64,000 bases of DNA from Cycas panzhihuaensis (Eukaryota; Plantae; Cycadophyta): contig CM041465.1 in the NCBI GenBank assembly GCA_023213395.1, positions 248,007,741 to 248,071,740 of the forward strand, read 5' to 3'. The notes beneath the pieces are model-generated. The model was not told where the DNA came from, did no database searches, and was given only the letters and a program-made list of their open reading frames with translations. The position numbers and the translations under genes are program-made. This document shows positions 56,701 through 64,000 of this stretch, one piece after another (positions within the stretch are counted from its first letter, which is position 1; each line of letters starts with the position of its first letter).

Positions 56701-59700
56701 GTGGACTAACCCTAATGGTTTAGATGCATGCCATGCCTTATTAGAAGGAAATGGATCTTTTTATTGTTTACCCACTAAACAAGCCTCATAAATGCAGTTG
56801 TGTTTTTTGATCTTTGGAAACCTATACACTATTTGTAGCCTATACATGAGGTTAAGGCTTTACATGTTTAAGTGATCTAGGCATTAGTATTATAGTTGGT
56901 CCTTGGTGCTCTTTATTAGGGGTTACACTTCTTAGTATGAACATTCACCTTGGATTTCTTCCATGGGTGTGTCTTCAACTATGATTTCTTTACCTTTATC
57001 TAGGTGATTAGTTTGTACAGATGCATAACTTTGATTAGCATCTTGTTGTGGTATGGTGATGAGGGGAACTTTATCTAACTTATATATCCCACTATTCTCA
57101 TGACCTATAGCTATCAACTATCCTATGGCATGATCTATGATGGTACAAATACCTTAATTAAATAGAATATCAAGGTTCTACTTATTAATTTAGCTAACTA
57201 ATAGTAAGTTTTATTTTATACCAAGAACCAAAAGAATGTTGCCAATATGATTATAAATATTAGAATTCTTCAAAGCAATAGGGGCTCTTTTAATTTTTGG
57301 TGGTATTATATATGAGATTGTCTTCAAATGTTATTGTTTGAGCCCTAATAAGATGGGTATCCTCAAGTAAGTCTTCAATATTAGTCATGTGATGAGTGGC
57401 ATTGGAATTGATCAACCAAAATTTGTCATCATATTGAGATGACAGGGTTGTATAGAAACGGTTCTTTGAATTACCTTATAAATCAACTACATTGCCTCCT
57501 TGTTGGGTATTCTAGTTGAAGCTTCGGTTCCTTCGTTTGCTTCTTTACATATTAGGTTATCCCTAGTTTTGATTTCTACTCTGGTTACTCTGGTTCTTGT
57601 TCTACTAAAAATGTTAGCCCCCTTGTTGTCCACCTTAGTTTTATAAGAGTCGTTAGTTTGTTTGTCTCCTTCTATAATTTATCGTAAGATGCCCCTTCTT
57701 ACTATAATACATGTAAGTGATATTTTATCTTCTCTATTGATTCCTTAAAGGTTGGGGGTGAGGTTGTTGTTATGTGAGGTTTAATAAACCAAACTATTGA
57801 GTAATAGGTTGTGATTAAGGTGGTTGTTGATGTGGTTGTTAAGGTGGTTGACACCTCCCTAAATTTCTAACCACAAATGTAGGTGCAAAGTCAAATATGG
57901 ATATCACTCCTTAGCAATTTAGAATGTTCTCATCCCTAAGAAAAAGTCCTTCTAAGATATTGAATTCTATTTTGGCAAAGATATCATATAGTCTAAATAC
58001 AAAACTATTATATTCAATGGGAAGAACATTGATGACATTAGACATTAAGTCATGGTTAGAAGGAGGGGCACTAAGGTTAATGAGTTGATTGCTAATGGTT
58101 TTAATTTTAGTAAGATGAGAAGATATAGTATTAGCAAAGGGAATCTCAAAGAGACGAGCTTTCAAGGTGATGGACCTTGAGTCATCTTTTCTCTCATAGA
58201 GGGAGTATATGATGCTCCAAGCCTCATGAGATGTTTCAATAGTTTCTATTTTTTGGTCTACTTAGTTTTCCATAGTAAGCTATAGGAAGGAAAGGGCAAT
58301 GTTATCTTTAGCTTTAAATGTTATAAGGGTAACAAGATCTGGTGGAATCTATTAGTTAGGGTTATTTAGATCTTTGGTGGGTGTTAGTTGAGTAATATCC
58401 CCATTGCCAGAGGCCTAATAGTCCTTCATTATCAAGAGGTTTTTTACTTATGTTTTCTAAGCCATAAAATTTTTAGTTCCACTAAGTTTAACTATGTTTA
58501 ACACAAGCATCTATACTATAATTTTAATGTGTCTTTATGTCCTGTCACCTAAGCGGCTACTAAACTAGAATGCTGAGTCTTAAGGTCTCTAAAAAGCCCT
58601 TAGTTACTAGTTTATCTAGTGGTGCCTACCCATAAGTGGTAGATCAAGGATCTTATGTACTGGTATATGAGTATTAAACTCTATATACCTTAATACATGG
58701 TCTCATAGAAGACAAATGGCCCCCTTGATTCTATTTGTCCACCTACATTATTCTTATGCCTAATGACAAACCTGGTGAAGGACTCAAACTAAGGCACTCA
58801 TCCCCTCCAAGTCTAGCCTAGTCTCCAAACTTCAAAAATGGCTTTATACTTTAGTTTGCCACTTAATGTACCTAATAGCTAATGGGATTCTCTAATATCT
58901 ACATACTTCGAGAAAGACCACTAGTGTGTTCTGAGTGGTAACTTCAAAGGTCTTGACTATTACCCTTGCAAAGCTGAAAAAGTTTTATATATAAATTTGA
59001 GAGTTATCGTTTTTAATCTTTTAAGCTAAACTTGATTGTAAAGATGATCTTGATTAATAAAAAAATAATAAGATGAAAAAAATATAAAAAATATAAAAAA
59101 ATTAGGGTTAGGGGGCTCAAGAAAAGATAAAGCTTACAAGAAGAGTCTAAGTAACTTCATGCAAGTAGAGCACCTACAACAGTAAAGCAACTATAGATGT
59201 TAGCCTAAAAAAAACTTTGAATAGCTCATGATATTTAAATGAATAATAAATAGTAAAAAAACCTTTTTTAAGATGTAAAATAAGTCTTCAACTAATGATA
59301 ATAGACTCAATAAGGCCTAAAAAGAAGGGTTTAATTTGGCTACTTCAAAACCCTTAAAAATCTACTCAAATTATACTAAAATTAACCCCAAGCTATAGAG
59401 CTATGAGTTAGGAATCTAACAAACCTAACGCTTTATAAATCAAGCCTATCATTGAAGAGTTACAACCAAAATGGTGAGGCAACCTCCTTATGTAATCAAA
59501 ATGAAAAAGGGTAGGCTTAAGCCCCTTTAACATTTGAGCCCCCAATCATAGCCTAGCACCATATGATCACCCACTAGAAGGAAAAAGGGCTAACATACTC
59601 AATGGTGGATTTCAATCTAACTTAATCAAATCACAACTATATAAAAAATAAAATAAATTAATGATAAAATCAGGTTGTGATGACTGTCACATGAGTTTTG

Positions 59701-60746
59701 GTAGAAATTGACAAATAAAGGATTTAAAAATCAATTGAGATCGAGTAATGGAGAACTTGACTTGCTCCCAGATCAATGTAGAGGCTCCTATAGAGCTAGG
59801 GAAGCGAGTATTAGGGTGTAAAGGTCAAATAAGGCTCTAGAGGGTCAATAAAGGATGCAAAGGAGCTGCTACTTAAACCACCATACACTCAATCAACTCA
59901 AGTTATAATCATATCAATCAAGCCCAATATTACTCTAGAGGTTAGTACACAAGTTAATTAATGAGTTGATGAGTCAATTGATCCATGCAGGGTAATATGC
60001 AAATTGTACGATTGATGGAGAGTGGAGATGGTAGCCAAACCAAATTAGAAAAATAAATGAAAATGGGAATGAGGATACATCTCACCAATAGGGTATCTTT
60101 TTTCAAAGAACAGATTTAAGTGAGGGTTGGGGACCACATACAAACAATCAGATAACATCTCAAGCATAGCCACATATCATGAACAATTCTCAGAGGTAAC
60201 TAAATGATTTAGATAGTAGTATAACTTTATGGAAACAAGCTTAAATAGGACAAATAGGGTATTATTTTTAGAAAATAGACTGTCATTTTCAATAAATGAT
60301 CTAGGAGAACCTATAATCAATTAATTATATACACATATTGGCTCTAATACCATGAAAAATTATAAGCAGGATCAGGATAACATATGTGCATATAAATATT
60401 AAAGTAGAAAATATAATAGAACTACAAATCAAAGTAAACCAATTGTATCAAACTATGACCATCAAATTGGTTGGTTCAGTCAATTTATATTTTGGTAAAG
60501 CTTCCACGTATACAAAAAACTAATGTACAAATGAAGGAATTTGGGTCTAATTTATAGAACAAGATACACCTCATAAATAAATATCATTAGCTGACATAAC
60601 AAGCCAATATTTTTAGCTAATTATTTAGTAAAGAGATAGACCTGACATTACATAACATTACAATTTAATTTACACAGAGGTAGGCTAATGGTATAATTAT
60701 AGATAAAAATATATTTATGAATGAGGCATTGTTAAATGTTTTAATA
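53773..60746 (-). mobile_element. Ty1/copia element D, full length, degenerate
   Basis: LTRs 53773-54167 and 60353-60746. PBS (rc TGGTATTAGAGCC) 60340-60352. PPT (ccctcccttaa on +) 54168-54178. Perfect TSD ATAAC at 53768-53772 and 60747-60751. Confidence 0.93.
54190..58510 (-). pseudogene. Copia D gag-pol pseudogene
   Basis: gag: KLSGTKNFMA*K...LKARLFEI..ISSHLTKIKTISNQLINL. PR: FWLINSNATHHMT. IN: LVHLDICRPM..LRSDNRREY. RT: KGFKQQEEIDYEETF..QMDVKGVFLN. RH: CDNQSV..DIFIKALG. Confidence 0.92.
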
Positions 60747-62419
60747 ATAACTTGCTTGGTGACACTAGTCTATGTGTATAAATATCTAAGAGTAATTATG
60801 TGTTTACACGTGGTAAAAGGTAGGAATAATTTACATTTACATGTGAAAATATCTAGTTGGGTGGATATCATTAGGGAGCACATTATTTTCATTCTATTGA
60901 ACCTTCTATGCACCAATTTCTTGCACAAATCATTTAATTAAACTACTTAATTATCAATTTTGATAACTTATATAATTATAATCTTGTGTAATCTATTTGA
61001 TTGGTATTCCCACAAAAACTCCAAGTCATAGAAATCTTTAGAACTGCATGATCATGTGAGAGAAATATCTTTAGTAGATCCATAGTTGATAACACAAGTC
61101 TTTAATCACTAATATCATCAAAGCTTTATTCTTATAAAGATAATTGCCACACTTTGCATATATACTTTCATGGTGAATATGTTAAAATAAATAGCTTGGA
61201 TATTAATTGGTCCCAATTTGGGTCATTGAAAACTTCCATTCAATAGTTGCATACAAATGAGTGATGATTATGGCAAGATTAAGTTGTTTCTTTATTGGGC
61301 CCTAAGTTAGAAGAAATTTACCTAATATATCAACATGCACTATAAGCATTAGAGCTAACATGATGGTCCCATGGAAGCGGGGTTCTTAAAAAATCTCAAT
61401 GATAGTGTTGAGACTTTTCAGGATCTAAATGAGGGAAATGGGGTCCCATGCATTACTCAGGTTTCCTTTGTCACTCCATCAAATGTAAAAATCCCTATAC
61501 ATGGAAACCAACTATGTGTAAAGAGATCTATAATGATCACTTACTAAAAATTATTTTGGTAAGAAATTTGATAAGAATGACAACAAATGAGTTATTATTA
61601 TGCTGGCTAGGTTTTGCCTAAATAGTAGTTGCTTATCTAGGACTCCCTTTTGCCTGTCACTAGAAGTTATCTTCATTAAGCATTTCCACCTTGTAAATTA
61701 AGGATAAGATTCCAATTTATCATATGAATAAACTCTTGAGCAATATGCAAGACCATATTTTTCTCAAAAATAGAAGCTTAATTGCTTACATGGGACCTTA
61801 CTCTAAAGGTAATGTAAATAGTTTATAATTAGAAGTAGAGAACTAATGTGGGCTTGGCATTAATCATTTCAATTCAAATACCTTGATCTTAGAATTGGAT
61901 ACCTTAATACCATTGAGGTAAGTCCCATAAGAGAGTAGTGGAAATATTCTTAACAAATCACTAATCAATAGGTCATATAACCAAGAATAATCAAATAACA
62001 AAGTAGTAAATAATAGCATTGGATGGCAGATTTTCAGACACAAAATCTACCCAAATATTATAATAGTAATCTATAGTTATAAATAATAAAAATTATAATG
62101 TCTTTTAGTGACTCCCCCCAAATCCCCCTCCCCCCCCAAACACACACATGTTTATTTTAGAGTTAGCTTTCCTAATTAAGTAATTAATAATATTTTGGGC
62201 TCATTTTAGTTTTCATGCATATGCTTGAGGAGATTTATGCAGGAATGGCTAATTCTAAGAAGAGGTATAACAAGATCCATTAGAGATTATGTGCAAGGAC
62301 CAAAAGCATCATTATACTCCCAAGTTTTAGGGCTACAAATTCAAAAAGTTAAAATGTGCATAACAAGAACCAAAATATAAAAAACACAAATTTACTTATA
62401 TTAAATCATTATTAGAAAT

Positions 62420-63375
62420 AATGGAGGGGTAAAAGGTTTGAAAACAAAAATTAGCTACTATTAGTGGTAGTATAAATGAAGATCCTACATGGAATTATAG
62501 TATTTATAAGACAATTTGGATAGTAAATGGTAAAGATGATAAACCATAATAGGTGAAGACCTTGTTGGTTAAACTTTGAGATATTAATTATTGGTACAGT
62601 AAATTTCTAGATGATCATTTAGAAGATTGAAAAATATTATGCTGACCATTGTAGGAGAAATTTTAGATTACTATACAATAATAGTGAAGTGGTGTATTGT
62701 ATTCATAATTTAGCACAAGGACTTAAAGAGAGATTTTATAGTTATGATACAAAGTTGAAATCATTAATTAAGAAGATGGAGTGGTATAATCGATGGTTTA
62801 CAAATGTGATAGCTCTTGAAGGGTTAGGGTTCAAATATTAGAGAAAGTTGTGTGTGGTACCATTGATATCATATCATAAAGCTATAAATTAGGCTATGAT
62901 CATTGATATTGAAGAAAAAATGGAAATAGAGCACCAAATAAAATCTTCAAAACTTGAGAAGTAAAAACATGTTGTCATTTTCTCTATTGAAATGTTTGAA
63001 AAAAATGATAAAGTATTACATACATAAGAATATAAATGTTAAAGAACGATGACAAAGTTAGTGTATTTGATGTCATGAAGAATGAGCACACTAAAATTAA
63101 GTGTCCTAATCATCATATATCAAGGAAACATTGTCATATTTGTAAACTACAAAATCATAATCTAAAGGAATGTAGATTTAGTATTAGAGCACAATGATGA
63201 TAAGAATTAGATGTGATTCTTGGAAGGGAGGATACTAAGAAGTCCATGATGCATAATTACACTAGTTAAAAAGATAATTTGTTTAGAATACTAGATTCAA
63301 GAGATTTATCCATAGACCTAAAGTGCAATGTTCTAATTATAAATTGCAAGGGCATTTAAGTCAAGATTGCCCATT
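62420..63375 (+). pseudogene. Ty3/gypsy gag fragment with three CCHC-type zinc knuckles
   Basis: KLATISGSINEDP..KTIWIVNG...YWYSKF..IHNLAQG..YDTKLKSLIKKM. Knuckles near 63062-63104 (frameshifted), 63132-63173 (CHICKLQNHNLKEC) and 63329-63370 (CSNYKLQGHLSQDC). Confidence 0.7.
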
Positions 63376-63523
63376 ACAACATTATTGTGTTAGTAATATG
63401 GCCTACTGACCATGATGATGATCATTACACAATGTAAAATAAAATAGTGAAGTTAACATAAGTCAAGATAAACACAAATTTGGAGCCCTAATTTCTGATG
63501 AACTTATGTATATAGTGTAAAAA

Positions 63524-63525
<2 letters not shown>

Positions 63526-63599
<74 letters not shown>
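63526..63599. repeat. (AT)37 microsatellite
   Basis: Directly visible. Confidence 0.97.
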
Positions 63600-63602
<3 letters not shown>

Positions 63603-64000
63603 TGCATTAAAAATACTCTTATTATTTGAACATGATCATGTGTTTAAATTTTATAAAGCTATGATCCTAACTATCATCCAATGTTTATTGACTCAACATC
63701 ATTTTCAAAGGTAGTTAAATTAAATGACCTAAAAATAGATAATTCTATTTTGGTCCGACTACCATGATTGAAGCATTATCACTTATGGAAAAAGCGTTAC
63801 ACATGGAAACTCATGTAAAATTTATAACATTATTGGCTTATATTCTTACAATGGAAAACTAAATAGTTTAACAAGCACCCGATATGTTGGGAATGAAGAA
63901 CGATCTTAATTTTCCAATTATAGTTAAAACATACTTACATAAAAGATAAACCCCAAGCATTAATAATATTTTGAAATGTATTCAACCTTTATTGTTGATG

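Overview
AT-rich intergenic or intronic eukaryotic DNA. It is most consistent with a large land-plant genome, and the gypsy protease/RT sequences look gymnosperm-like (inference). I found no intact host gene, rRNA, functional tRNA or CRISPR array. The window is a nested retroelement graveyard. Ty1/copia: three full-length but heavily mutated elements with LTR pairs, PBS, PPT and 5-bp TSDs (A 21199-32828 +, C 37288-43550 +, D 53773-60746 -), plus a 3'-truncated element B (23494-28817 -) nested in A. Ty3/gypsy: a chromovirus-type element (5781-~10800 +), a gag-only element with ~2.1-kb LTRs (E 47187-~53751 +) and further gag/protease fragments. Non-LTR: degenerate L1 LINE pieces, a tRNA-derived SINE-like element (46623-46999) and a 3-kb poly(A)-tailed non-coding element. 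Simple repeats: two giant (1.7 and 1.9 kb) compound (AT)n arrays. The long ORFs in the ORF track are translations of these microsatellites, not genes. Most interesting signals: a tRNA-Gln-like SINE whose twin-hairpin tail resembles that of the 3-kb element; a tRNA-mimic anti-PBS hairpin in the copia B LTR; the pentamer ATCTT at three independent copia insertion sites; an (AT)n tract present in only one of two sister LTRs; strong CHG/CpA deamination; and two nested antisense insertions each followed by loss of host gag. All protein assignments come from motifs recognised by eye, without database searches.
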